A stretch of 47,570 nt of DNA from Pirellulales bacterium (GCA_030751095.1 JASMGX010000005.1:1-47570), one strand, 5' to 3'; shown: positions 29,452 to 39,211, counted from the stretch's first letter. The notes: generated by a model from the sequence alone, not told the origin. Numbers and translations are program-made.

Positions 29452-30798
29452 TTACTTACTCTCAATCTTATACAGTGCCTCCCCGGTACGGATCAATAAT
29501 GCATCTTCTGTAATGGCAGGCGATGCGAAAATCTGGCCATCTAGCTTATTTTTTGCCAACGGAATAAATTCTTCCCCGGGTGCAATCACCGTCGTTTCAC
29601 CCTCTTCGCTGAAAAAGAAGATCCCGTCCGCCGTTGCCAGCGGTGAGGCAGAATATTCTCCGTTGATCCGCTTTCGCCATATCGGCTCGGCACTCTCTGC
29701 GTCGAGACAGGTGAGGACCCCACTCCCTTCACTCACAAAATAGAGCCTGCCGTCGAGAAGTATGGGTGAGGCCTTCTGCGGGACACCTTTCCGATAGCGC
29801 CATTTAATTTCCGGTACTCCACCCGCTCGATCGGTTCGAAACGCCAGAAGTTCTGAATGCACATAGCTCGTGCAGATATAGACGGTCGCCTCATCCGCGA
29901 CCGGGCGGGGAACAATCGAAAAACCGAGCACCTCATACGGAACTTTCCAGATTTCAGCGCCCGAATGCGGGTCGTATCCATAGAGCCAGTTGGCGGCCGG
30001 AGACACAATGACCTCACGTCCGTCGATTTTGATGATCAGCGGTGTGCCATACGCTTTCTTGAGTTGCGGATTCGAGTGCATCGATCCCGTGCGAAACGTC
30101 TTCCAGGCAAACTCGCCCGTCTTTTTATCGAGAGCAACAATATATTGCTGATCGCTGCCATCGCAATGAACAATCAGATAATCTCCCCAGATGACGGGCG
30201 AGCTGGCAGGTCCATTTTCGTGCATGACCTGGGTGTCTCGATTGGTCCATACTATTTCCTGGGTCTTCGTATCCAAACAGACGGTCCCGAACGTACCGAA
30301 GTGGCAATACAATTTGTCATCTTCAATCACCGGCGTGGGGCTGGCGTAACTATTCTGCACATGGACCCACTGCGGTTTGTCGACCCGTAGCAACTCAATA
30401 TTATGCAGCAACTTTCCCGTGTCACTCGCGACACAAAGCGCATGCATCGTGGCAGAATCAGAGACAGTAATCGGCTCGCTGCCGGTATTATTGCGAGTCC
30501 GCACTTCCACTTCCTCTGGGGAACTGGGTACGTCAAATGCGGTCGTCAACCAGATTTCATTGCCGTCTACCACGGGCGAGGAGTACCCCAGACCCGGGAG
30601 GGGCGTCCGCCAGCGTATATTTTGAGTCTCACTCCAATGGAGCGGAATCTTTGCAGTCGCAGCGTGGCCCTGCCCGGTAGGCCCGCGAAATTGATTCCAT
30701 TCGCCACCCTCCTCAGCGGCAGAGAGCCCCGTTACGATCGGTCCGGGTAGCCAAAGCCATCCGGCGAGAAACGCGAAAAACAGTGTTGCACATTTCAT
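29452..30798 (-). CDS. PQQ-binding-like beta-propeller repeat protein (planctomycete expanded family)
   Basis: Signal peptide, EWNQFRGPTGQG, WSETQNIRWRTPLPGLGYSSPVV, repeated SP.I...ALD..TG..W blades, ASPA...LLIRT..ALY.I. Confidence 0.92.
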   Translation of the reverse strand: MKCATLFFAFLAGWLWLPGPIVTGLSAAEEGGEWNQFRGPTGQGHAATAKIPLHWSETQNIRWRTPLPGLGYSSPVVDGNEIWLTTAFDVPSSPEEVEVRTRNNTGSEPITVSDSATMHALCVASDTGKLLHNIELLRVDKPQWVHVQNSYASPTPVIEDDKLYCHFGTFGTVCLDTKTQEIVWTNRDTQVMHENGPASSPVIWGDYLIVHCDGSDQQYIVALDKKTGEFAWKTFRTGSMHSNPQLKKAYGTPLIIKIDGREVIVSPAANWLYGYDPHSGAEIWKVPYEVLGFSIVPRPVADEATVYICTSYVHSELLAFRTDRAGGVPEIKWRYRKGVPQKASPILLDGRLYFVSEGSGVLTCLDAESAEPIWRKRINGEYSASPLATADGIFFFSEEGETTVIAPGEEFIPLAKNKLDGQIFASPAITEDALLIRTGEALYKIESK

Positions 30799-30858
30799 AA
30801 GTAGGTCCGCGTCCGCTCCTGAACAAATGGAAACCGCGCAAAGCACGCTAACCATCCG

Positions 30859-32931
30859 TTGACGTACCGCTGCGGCGCGTTAGGTTGTTGCTATTCGCAG
30901 CGGACGATATTACCGCTCCCAAGCAAAACGACTATTGTGGCGGGAAACCCCCAAATCCCGCAACCGCACCTTCGACCCCGCGCCGATGCTTTGACCGGTT
31001 ACCTGCGAAACATCTCGATTACGATTCTTTGCTCGCTGCCGTGCCTACATGCTGCCTCTGGCAGCGATTCGGTGTCGCTCAACCGGCTCAGCAAGGCCGA
31101 GAAGCGGGCGGGCTGGCAGTTGCTCTTTGACGGGAGCACCACCGACGGTTGGCGGAATTTCCGCCAGAAGTCGCTCAGTGATCGCTGGCGGGTCGAGGAC
31201 GGAACGCTAGTACGGGCACACGACGGGGCAGGGGATATTATTACCGATGACCAGTTCGAGAATTTCGAACTGACGCTGGAATACAAAATATCGCCCGGCG
31301 GCAATAGCGGGCTGATGTTTCACGTTACCGAGCAGGAGAGCGCGCCCTGGATGACTGGCCCGGAAATCCAAATTCTCGACAACGAACACGGACAAGATCC
31401 ACAACTCACCGGATGGCTCTATGGCCTCTACCAGCCCAAGAAACCCAAATGGGTACTCCTCGAGGAACAAGCGTCCCGACTTCTCACACCCACCATCCCG
31501 GACAGTTCGCGGCCTGCTGGAGAATGGAACCGCATATATTTGCGCATCGGTCCCGAGCAGGGGGAGTTACTGCTCAACGGACTCCGATACTACAGCTTTA
31601 AAAAAGGCTCGCCCGACTGGAACAAGCGGGTCGCTGAGAGCAAGTTCGCCGCTTACCCGCACTTTGGCAACGCACGCCGAGGTCACATTGCCCTACAGGA
31701 CCACGGCGACCGGGTTGCGTTCCGGAACATCAAAATTCGTCCCTTCCGTGACGAAGCCGATATCCACAATCCGATCGATGGAAGGATTGACGTTGACCGC
31801 ATACCCGCATTCAGCCAACTCGAATTTGAGGATCTCGATGGAGAGACTGCGGAGGGGAAAGTCCAAAACGTCCGGCCGATCGCACTCTGTGGCGATACGC
31901 TCGGCAACCTCTTTGTGGCCACGCAGGGAGGGACAGTCCATCGCTTCAAAAACACCCCCGATGCCACGACTGCTCGCCTCGTCCTCGACTTGCGCACCAT
32001 CGTAAGCGATCGCAAAAAAGCCAACGAGCAGGGCCTGCTTGGCCTCGCGCTGCACCCCGACTTTGCGAAAAACGGCCGTTTCTTTGTCTGCTATACGAGC
32101 ACTGATGACGAACCATGCCGGACGATTGTTTCGCAATTTGAATTTCCACCCAACGGGCAGGCGCACCGAATCGACCCAAGTTCGCAGAAGGTGCTGCTCA
32201 CAATTTCTCAACCGTTTTCGAACCACAATGGGGGCTCGCTTGCCTTCGGGCCGGATGGTTACCTGTATGTCGGCCTCGGGGACGGCGGCAGCCAGCGCGA
32301 CCCACTCGGCAATGCCCAGAATCTCGGCACGCTTCTTGGCAGCATACTGCGATTGGATGTGGATCATAGCTCGAGCGAGAAACCCTACGCCATTCCCGCA
32401 GACAACCCGTTTGTCAATACTCCCGGAGCGCGCGGGGAAATTTTCGCCTACGGCCTTCGGAACGTGTGGCAGATTTCTTTTGACCGCGATACCGGCCAAC
32501 TCTGGGCCGCAGATGTCGGCCAGGATCAATGGGAGGAAATTGACGTCATTCGCAGCGGCGGCAACTATGGCTGGAACCATCGCGAGGGTTTTGCGGCATT
32601 TGGAAATGCGACGGCGAGTGAGAACGCCAACTTTCTCGACCCCGTCTGGCAATATGACCGCCGCCTCGGCAGATCGATAACGGGAGGATTTGTCTACCGG
32701 GGCAGCAACATTCCCGAACTCTTCGGCTATTACCTCTACGCCGACTACGTTTTAGGCAGGATGTGGGCACTGAAGTACGACGCAAAAACGGGCCTGGTGA
32801 TAAAGAACATGGGCATCGCCGATGGTGGCCTTCCGGTCCTGGCATTCGGCCAGGATGATGCGGGCGAAGCGTACTACATGATGGAAGGCACCGGTGGCGG
32901 CACGATCTTTCGCCTCACGCCGAAAAAGTAA
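30859..32931 (+). CDS. DUF1080 + PQQ-dependent glucose/sorbosone dehydrogenase (GSDH) fusion
   Basis: LSKAEKRAGWQLLFDG...GNSGLMFH...GHIALQDHGDRVAFRNIKIR, then EQGLLGLALHPDF, NHNGGSLAFGPDGYLY...GDGG, AYGLRNVW, GGNYGW. True start probably downstream (e.g. TTG 30991). Confidence 0.92.
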   Translation: MTYRCGALGCCYSQRTILPLPSKTTIVAGNPQIPQPHLRPRADALTGYLRNISITILCSLPCLHAASGSDSVSLNRLSKAEKRAGWQLLFDGSTTDGWRNFRQKSLSDRWRVEDGTLVRAHDGAGDIITDDQFENFELTLEYKISPGGNSGLMFHVTEQESAPWMTGPEIQILDNEHGQDPQLTGWLYGLYQPKKPKWVLLEEQASRLLTPTIPDSSRPAGEWNRIYLRIGPEQGELLLNGLRYYSFKKGSPDWNKRVAESKFAAYPHFGNARRGHIALQDHGDRVAFRNIKIRPFRDEADIHNPIDGRIDVDRIPAFSQLEFEDLDGETAEGKVQNVRPIALCGDTLGNLFVATQGGTVHRFKNTPDATTARLVLDLRTIVSDRKKANEQGLLGLALHPDFAKNGRFFVCYTSTDDEPCRTIVSQFEFPPNGQAHRIDPSSQKVLLTISQPFSNHNGGSLAFGPDGYLYVGLGDGGSQRDPLGNAQNLGTLLGSILRLDVDHSSSEKPYAIPADNPFVNTPGARGEIFAYGLRNVWQISFDRDTGQLWAADVGQDQWEEIDVIRSGGNYGWNHREGFAAFGNATASENANFLDPVWQYDRRLGRSITGGFVYRGSNIPELFGYYLYADYVLGRMWALKYDAKTGLVIKNMGIADGGLPVLAFGQDDAGEAYYMMEGTGGGTIFRLTPKK

Positions 32932-33103
32932 CAGCGATCTAGCACTAACGGCGGCGGCGACGCATCATCCCCAGTAACAAAAGTCCGAATCCCATACAAC
33001 AATCGCCCCGCCCGCAAAGCGCGTAGAGCACTACCATCTTACAATTCCTCGCGTCGCGGGATATGGTTAAATACCCCTACAACCTTCGCCAAAGACAGCT
33101 ACC

Positions 33104-34099
33104 GTGACAGGCCATACGCACGATCAATATCCCGGCATCTTTCTCTCGACAACCGATGCTGCGCTGCCAGAATGGTTTTCAAACGACTACCAGAAATACG
33201 CCAATTTTCACCCAATGCAACAAGGCGGAAAGGGTCTGCTGTTTGCTTGCGATGACTTGAATCTTGGACGCGCTGTTGCAATCAAAACACTCCCGGCAGG
33301 AGAGGAGACGTGTCCGCACGAAATTCGGCGACTGCTTCGCGAGGCACGGATTACCGCGCAGCTGGCGCATCCCAACACAATCCCTGTCTATGAAATTGGC
33401 AAGACATGTGAGGGACAGATCTATTTTGCGATGAAGAAAGTCCAGGGAGAGAACCTTTTTGAGGTGCTCATCCGGATTGCAAGGGGCGATGAGCAGACGA
33501 AAGAAAAGTATCCACTAGACCGCTTGCTCGATATTTTACAGCAGGTCTGTCACGCACTTTTTTATGCCCACAATCATGGAGTTATTCACCGGGATATCAA
33601 ACCGGAAAATATCCTTGTGGGGATCTTTGGGGAGGTCTATCTCATGGACTGGGGGGTCGCCAAAGTTTGGGGCATGCCGAACGATGAGGGTGACGATCTA
33701 CAACCCGATGCAGAAACTCCTGCCCACATCACGCTTGCGGGGAGGCGGCCCGGCACCCCGCTCTACATGTCCCCCGAACAGGTTCGGGGCAATCCTCCCG
33801 TAGATGAACGGAGTGATATTTTCTCGATCGGGGTTCTCCTCTACGAAATCCTCGCCCAGCGGGAACCGTTTCGGGGGCCGACCCTGAAAGAGACGTTTGC
33901 CAACATCCTCAACACCATGCCCGAGCCACCGAGCCAGATCTGCCCCGAGCGTTGCATCGCAAAAGAACTCGACGCGATCTGCATGAAGGCGATTGCAAAA
34001 CGGCCCCAGGATCGCTTTAGCAATGTGCAGCAAATCATCGATGAAATCGAGCGTTTTCGTTGCTGTGCACCTAGCGAAGGGGGAGACCCCCCCAAGTAA
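33104..34099 (+). CDS. Hanks-type Ser/Thr protein kinase, soluble
   Basis: GRAVAIK, EARITAQLAHPN, HRDIKPEN, MDWGVAK, GTPLYMSPEQ, RSDIFSIG; no TM or sensor domain. Confidence 0.95.
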   Translation: MTGHTHDQYPGIFLSTTDAALPEWFSNDYQKYANFHPMQQGGKGLLFACDDLNLGRAVAIKTLPAGEETCPHEIRRLLREARITAQLAHPNTIPVYEIGKTCEGQIYFAMKKVQGENLFEVLIRIARGDEQTKEKYPLDRLLDILQQVCHALFYAHNHGVIHRDIKPENILVGIFGEVYLMDWGVAKVWGMPNDEGDDLQPDAETPAHITLAGRRPGTPLYMSPEQVRGNPPVDERSDIFSIGVLLYEILAQREPFRGPTLKETFANILNTMPEPPSQICPERCIAKELDAICMKAIAKRPQDRFSNVQQIIDEIERFRCCAPSEGGDPPK

Positions 34100-34103
34100 C
34101 AAC

Positions 34104-34142
34104 TGCACAAAGAGGCAACAGATTTTGCCCATTTTCTGCGCA
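34104..34142 (+). promoter_or_regulatory. Putative NtrC-type enhancer sites
   Basis: TGCCCATTTTCTGCGCA (34126-34142) resembles TGCAC-N7-GTGCA; a weaker TGCACAAAGAGGCAACA lies at 34104-34120. Both are about 110-150 bp upstream of a sigma54 promoter. Confidence 0.5.
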
Positions 34143-34250
34143 CTCTTTCCCCCACTTTGGACAAAAACGACGTCAATTTTCGTCGCCACCAATTGCATTT
34201 GGTCGCCAATTTCCTAAGATTTCATGAACTGCTGGGCCTTCAGCGGCTTT

Positions 34251-34267
34251 TTGGCACATCCCTTGCG
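34251..34267 (+). promoter_or_regulatory. Sigma54 (-24/-12) promoter of glnII
   Basis: TTGGCACATCCCTTGCG: TGGCAC-N5-TTGC with exact GG-N10-GC spacing, upstream of glutamine synthetase. Confidence 0.8.
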
Positions 34268-34495
34268 GTTAACGAGTGAGAGCGAAGCGCCGATGCTGAG
34301 CCCCTTGGTGGCCTTCGGCCTGAGATGCTCACCCCCTCGCCACTATTTTGGGTGTCCGAAAATAGGCGACACGCTGCTGGCCGAGGTTTTGAGCCGAGGT
34401 GCTTCTGAAATTTGGCGAAAAAAAGGGACGACGCAAAGACCCTTTATTTGGATAACGAAACAAAATTCTTTCTACTTTAGAAGTGAGGCAGATAC

Positions 34496-35524
34496 ATGAT
34501 TGATAAGAGCAAATTGGAGTACATCTGGTTGGATGGCTACAAGCCGACGCAAAGCCTTCGATCCAAAACCAAAGTTCAAAATAATTTTGGCGGTACCCTT
34601 GAGGAGTGTCCCATTTGGTCCTTCGACGGCAGTAGCACCGAACAGGCCACAGGCGACGATTCAGACTGCATTCTCAAGCCGGTTGCGATTTTTCCCGACC
34701 CTTGCCGCAATAACGGTTATCTCGTGATGACCGAAGTGCTCAACGATGACCGCACACCGCACGAGTCGAATGGCCGGGCATTGATCGATGACGACGATGA
34801 CGATTTCTGGTTCGGATACGAGCAGGAATATTTCCTCTGGGATACCACCAACAACAACCCACCCGGTTTTCCCGCCGGTGGTTTTCCGGGCCCACAGGGT
34901 CCCTATTACTGCTCCGTCGGCGCTGCCAATGCCCATGGGCGTGCGTGCGTCGAGAACCATTTGGATGCATGCCTCGAAGCGGGGCTCAATGTCGAAGGCA
35001 TTAATGCCGAAGTCGCCGCAGGCCAATGGGAATTCCAGCTTTTCGCCAAGGGCGCCAAGCGGGCAGGCGATGAAACATGGATCGCTCGCTATCTTCTAGA
35101 ACGCGCGGGCGAAGCGTATGGATATTCCATCAAATGGCATCCAAAACCGTTCGGCAGCCTCGACTGGAATGGCTCCGGCATGCACGCCAACTTTTCCAAC
35201 GGCGTGATGCGAGAGAGTGGCGACAAGGAAATATTTACAAAAATCTGCGAAGGCTTTGGAAAAGTTATCCCCCGGCACATCGACGTGTACGGAGCCGACA
35301 ACGATCAACGGCTCACCGGAGATCACGAAACTCAGGCGATTGATGAATTTAGCTTTGCCATTTCCGATCGCGGCGCGTCGATTCGTATTCCAGTAGGAAC
35401 GATCGATGACGGATGGAAGGGCCGTCTTGAGGATCGCCGACCGGCATCCAATGCCGATCCCTACAAAGTGGCCGCAGCAATCATCAAGACGGTAAAAGAG
35501 GCACTCCCGCAGCCGGTAGCCTAA
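34496..35524 (+). CDS. glnII: Glutamine synthetase type II
   Basis: 342 aa; KLEYIWLDG, WSFDGSST, WFGYEQEY, PQGPYYC, GINAEVAAGQWEFQ, DWNGSGMHANFS, RLTGDHET, RGASIRIP, LEDRRPASNADPY. Confidence 0.96.
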   Translation: MIDKSKLEYIWLDGYKPTQSLRSKTKVQNNFGGTLEECPIWSFDGSSTEQATGDDSDCILKPVAIFPDPCRNNGYLVMTEVLNDDRTPHESNGRALIDDDDDDFWFGYEQEYFLWDTTNNNPPGFPAGGFPGPQGPYYCSVGAANAHGRACVENHLDACLEAGLNVEGINAEVAAGQWEFQLFAKGAKRAGDETWIARYLLERAGEAYGYSIKWHPKPFGSLDWNGSGMHANFSNGVMRESGDKEIFTKICEGFGKVIPRHIDVYGADNDQRLTGDHETQAIDEFSFAISDRGASIRIPVGTIDDGWKGRLEDRRPASNADPYKVAAAIIKTVKEALPQPVA

Positions 35525-35563
35525 CGCTGCGAGTACTCCGCCGCATTTGATAAAAGGGAAACC

Positions 35564-35598
35564 AAAACCCCCCGGGCCGCATCGCCCGGGGGTTTTTT
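35564..35598 (+). terminator. Rho-independent terminator of glnII
   Basis: AAAACCCCCCGGGC-CGCATC-GCCCGGGGGTTTTTT. Confidence 0.9.
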
Positions 35599-35768
35599 AT
35601 CGCCTCTCTACGATACCCAACCGCCTAAATGCCCAAAAACGGGCACTCTTTTCGCTCCTAGCGCAAAACATCGGGATTTCGGCCTCTTTCGGGTGCGAAA
35701 TTCAAACTTGATTATTTGCAAAAAACCAGCGATCTTAGAGCTTAGAATCTGTCATTGAGGAATTGCGT

Positions 35769-36674
35769 GTGATAGACCATGTAGCCATTTCCGACCTTTC
35801 CACCCGGCATGGATTTGTGACCGATCTGTTTTCGGACACCAAGGCCACGGAACATTTTCTAAGCGACGCTCAGATTGCGTCTTTTCGCGAAAACGGGTTC
35901 GTTGGACCCATTTCACTTTTGAGCCCTCCTCAAATAGATGCCTTGCTGGAGGAGCTAGACGGTTTTTGTGATCCTGAGCATCCCGGTTGCGAACTGTGGT
36001 ATGAGTACCACCGCAACGAATCGAATGATCCGGACAATATTCTTTTTCATGCCTTAGGGGCCTGGCGGATCGGCCCCGCCTTTCACGACGCGCTCTGGAA
36101 TCCGAGATTCACCCGACCTGCCAGTCAACTTCTCGGTGGAGCCGTTCGCTTCTGGCACGACCAGATCTTTAGCAAACCTGCCCGCCACGGCGGTCCGATC
36201 GCCTGGCATCAGGATTATTCGTACTGGACCCGCACTGCACCGATGAATCACCTAACGTGCTGGATTGCGCTGGACGATGCCACGGAGGAAAATGGTTGCA
36301 TCCAATACATTCCCGAGAGCCACCACTGGGATCTGTTACCGATGGCCGATCTAGCCGGTGATCTCGATTCGATTCGCGAATTGCTTACCGACGAGCAAAA
36401 GGACCGCCTCGCCAAACCGGTACCGCTCGAAGCAAAAGCTGGCCAGGCCTCGTTCCATCACCCCATGTTACTCCACGGATCGAGCGCGAATCGATCGAAC
36501 CGGCCCAGGCGGGCAATGGTCATTAATGTGATCCTCGACGGTGTTTGTTCTCTCTCCGATGAACCACTTCTGGCCCGAACCGAGCCGATCCCCAGTGGCA
36601 GTCCACTAGAGGGGCAGTTTTTTCCGCTCCTTTTCGATCCCGCCAACACCACAACCCCGGGTAGCAATGCTTAA
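35769..36674 (+). CDS. Phytanoyl-CoA dioxygenase (PhyH) family Fe(II)/2OG dioxygenase
   Basis: FWHDQIFSKP, AWHQDYSYW (HxD), WIALDDATEENGC, HGS..NRS.RPRRA; GTG start 7 nt after GAGGA. Confidence 0.93.
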   Translation: MIDHVAISDLSTRHGFVTDLFSDTKATEHFLSDAQIASFRENGFVGPISLLSPPQIDALLEELDGFCDPEHPGCELWYEYHRNESNDPDNILFHALGAWRIGPAFHDALWNPRFTRPASQLLGGAVRFWHDQIFSKPARHGGPIAWHQDYSYWTRTAPMNHLTCWIALDDATEENGCIQYIPESHHWDLLPMADLAGDLDSIRELLTDEQKDRLAKPVPLEAKAGQASFHHPMLLHGSSANRSNRPRRAMVINVILDGVCSLSDEPLLARTEPIPSGSPLEGQFFPLLFDPANTTTPGSNA

Positions 36675-36723
36675 GTGTTTTGACAGATTCTTGAAATATC
36701 CCATTTTTTCGAAATATTCCGTC

Positions 36724-36752
36724 TTTCAATATTGGACCTCGAGGTCTATAAT
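36724..36752 (+). promoter_or_regulatory. Putative sigma70 promoter with a palindrome in the spacer
   Basis: TTTCAA-N17-TATAAT; perfect 12-bp palindrome GACCTCGAGGTC at 36735-36746. Confidence 0.5.
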
Positions 36753-36810
36753 ACCGATATCCCACCTAGAGGCCTACCCTCAAAGATTTTGCTGCCCAGG
36801 AGATGAAAGC

Positions 36811-38139
36811 ATGTCCCCTGTTTCATCTAAACGCTGCTTCCTGTTTCTGCTGCCAATTCTCTTTTTTTGTGTCGCTCCATTTTGCTTCAATGGACCCAAC
36901 ATCGCATGGGCCCAACTGGAGTTTGAGCGGGCTCCGATCGACTACACGGACGTGGAGGTTCACGATCCGATCGCGGAACTTCAGCGGCAATTGGATTCCG
37001 GAGAGGCAAAGCTAACGTTTAACGAAGAGCACGGCTATCTCGATGCACTCCTTGATTACTTCAACATCGATCCGGACTCGCAGGTCCTGGTCTACAGCAA
37101 AACCAGTTTCCAACTCCGGCGCATCATGCCCCATCGGCCCCGTGCATTGTATTTCAACGAAGACCTCTACCTCGGCTGGTGCCAGAGGGGTGATGTGGTG
37201 GAGGTGATGGCAGTCGACCCCGTATCCGGCCCGATCTTTTACTCCCTCGAGCAGCAGAACGATACCCCACCCCAATTCGTCCGTGATCTGGGCCAATGCC
37301 TGACGTGCCACGCATCCTCACGGACCCAGGGTGTCCCCGGGCCGCTCGTTCGATCTGTTTTTGTCGACGCGAGTGGCCAGCCACTGCTCGGCTCAGGCAC
37401 CTTTACTACCTCCCACCAGAGTCCGTTTGATGAGCGTTGGGGCGGATGGTATGTCACCGGCAACCACGGCAAAATGCGCCACATGGGCAACGAAATTGTC
37501 CTCGACGCCAAGAGCAACGCAGAACTGGATCGGGAAAATGGCGCAAACGTACTGAGCCTCGAATCGCGGATCAACATCCGCCCCTATATATCAAAGGGCA
37601 GCGATATCGTCGCTCTCATGGTCCTTGAGCACCAGTCGCAGACGCAAAATTATTTAACGCGAGCGAATTTTGAAACCCAAATGGCCGAGTATTACGATGA
37701 GATCATAAACAAAGCCCTCGATCGCCCGGAGGGGTCTACCAGCGAATCAACGGAACGAAGAATCGCTTGGGTGGGCGACAATCTTGTGAAAAGCCTGCTC
37801 TTTGCGAAGGAATTTCAACTCGAGAATCCTATCTCCGGTTCTTCGCCCTACGCCAAAAACTTCCAGGCAGCCGGGCGACGCGACTCGCAAGGTCGGTCCC
37901 TGCGCGATTTTGATCTTAAAAAACGGATGTTTCGATATCCATGCAGTTACATGATCTACAGCCCATGCTTTGACTCGCTTCCAGTCTCGGTCAAAACGTA
38001 CGTCACCGATCGCCTCTGGGACATCCTGCACGGCGACGACGACCCGCTCTATGCGCACTTATCGGCATCTGATCGCACTGCGATCCTGGAAATTCTCAAC
38101 GAGACGAAACCGGACCTCTTCGCTAAAAAACAACAGTAG
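36811..38139 (+). CDS. Conserved hypothetical exported mono-heme cytochrome c-like protein
   Basis: Signal peptide, SQVLVYSKTSFQ, PRALYFNEDLYLGW, CLTCH, ERWGGWYVTG, SDIVALMVLEHQ, GRSLRDFDL..RMFRYPCSYMIYS. Confidence 0.82.
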   Translation: MSPVSSKRCFLFLLPILFFCVAPFCFNGPNIAWAQLEFERAPIDYTDVEVHDPIAELQRQLDSGEAKLTFNEEHGYLDALLDYFNIDPDSQVLVYSKTSFQLRRIMPHRPRALYFNEDLYLGWCQRGDVVEVMAVDPVSGPIFYSLEQQNDTPPQFVRDLGQCLTCHASSRTQGVPGPLVRSVFVDASGQPLLGSGTFTTSHQSPFDERWGGWYVTGNHGKMRHMGNEIVLDAKSNAELDRENGANVLSLESRINIRPYISKGSDIVALMVLEHQSQTQNYLTRANFETQMAEYYDEIINKALDRPEGSTSESTERRIAWVGDNLVKSLLFAKEFQLENPISGSSPYAKNFQAAGRRDSQGRSLRDFDLKKRMFRYPCSYMIYSPCFDSLPVSVKTYVTDRLWDILHGDDDPLYAHLSASDRTAILEILNETKPDLFAKKQQ

Positions 38140-38205
38140 CGGCCAACCGCAGCAAACAGCTGCAGTAAATAGCAGCAGTGGTCCGCGGCTGCACGCAACC
38201 TTTGC

Positions 38206-38976
38206 TTATAGATAGGGCAACTCCCCTTTGGCCGCACCAAAGAGCGCTACGAGCACCTCGGCCAGCTTTGCGCTCACCGCTTCAAAATATTCTTTCCCCT
38301 TCTCAGCGGTTGCCCCTCGGGGATCTCCGCAACCGGTATCGGGATGCACGTCCGACCAGGGCCTGGGGGTCCAGACGCCCGGTTGCTGCAAAGAGTCAAT
38401 CTCGAAAGCGTTCCGAACACCCGGCCCCGCCTGATCGAGCTCCACCAACTCGGGCGCAAGGTGCAGCATGATGCTCGTCTCCGATTCGTCCGCATGGTCT
38501 CCCGGAACATCAAAGAGCGATTCGGGGATTTGCGGGACCATTTCGTAAAAGTTGGCAAGAACTATCAGAATGTCAAACTCACTCTGAAGATCGCGAATCA
38601 GCGGCTTGAACTGATTGCCACCATGCGCGTTGAGGAGGACCAACCGATCGATTCCCTGCCGGACGAGCGACCGCACGACATCGCGAAGCACGGCATGCGC
38701 GGTCAACGTCGAGAAACTAATAGTGCAGACCTGATCGAGTTGCTGCTCGTCGCTACCGAAGGGAACTGTCGGGAGAACAATGACGCGGGCCTGCTGCTCA
38801 TCGGCAAGTTCTGCCGCCCGCTCCGCTAGGCATGTTGCCTCCAGGACATCGGTGCCATAGGGGAGGTGCCGGTTATGGGCCTCGGTAGCACCCCACGGCA
38901 ATACCGCAACGCAGGGGGGCCTTTCGAGCAACTGGCGATGGTTCGCCTCGGACAATAGGTAGCGGCGAGGGGGCAT
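38206..38976 (-). CDS. Creatininase family amidohydrolase
   Basis: LPWGATEAHNRHLPYGTD, NAHGGN, DHADESETS, GDPRGATAEKG. Confidence 0.93.
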   Translation of the reverse strand: MPPRRYLLSEANHRQLLERPPCVAVLPWGATEAHNRHLPYGTDVLEATCLAERAAELADEQQARVIVLPTVPFGSDEQQLDQVCTISFSTLTAHAVLRDVVRSLVRQGIDRLVLLNAHGGNQFKPLIRDLQSEFDILIVLANFYEMVPQIPESLFDVPGDHADESETSIMLHLAPELVELDQAGPGVRNAFEIDSLQQPGVWTPRPWSDVHPDTGCGDPRGATAEKGKEYFEAVSAKLAEVLVALFGAAKGELPYL

Positions 38977-39098
38977 GGCAATGAGTCTCCGGTTATTTAT
39001 CTTGTCACAAAATCCAACAAGTTCGCTCCAAATGTTCGCATCAATAGCCGAGGGGATGCTTCCTTAATCGACGGCGGTCGTATCGGGCACCTGGCGGA

Positions 39099-39188
39099 CT
39101 ATTTCTGGTTTCCAGCCCTCCTGGATATTTCGAATGGCAGAAGCGCGGGAGCAACCAGCATCGCCACCAAAGCAAAGATCCGAACCAT
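39099..39188 (-). pseudogene. 29-aa mini-ORF with signal-peptide character (gene remnant or small protein)
   Basis: RBS GAGGAG (39196-39201) 7 nt before ATG; MVRIFALVAMLVAPALLPFEISRRAGNQK*. Confidence 0.45.
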
Positions 39189-39211
39189 CTGTCAACTCCT
39201 CATCATAAACA

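Noticed and set aside
29452-30798. bamB
   Set aside because: No lipobox or bam context; belongs to the expanded planctomycete PQQ-like propeller family.
34270-34495. Known glnA (glutamine) riboswitch
   Set aside because: I could not match the conserved core of the cyanobacterial glutamine riboswitch; kept only as an unknown structured leader.
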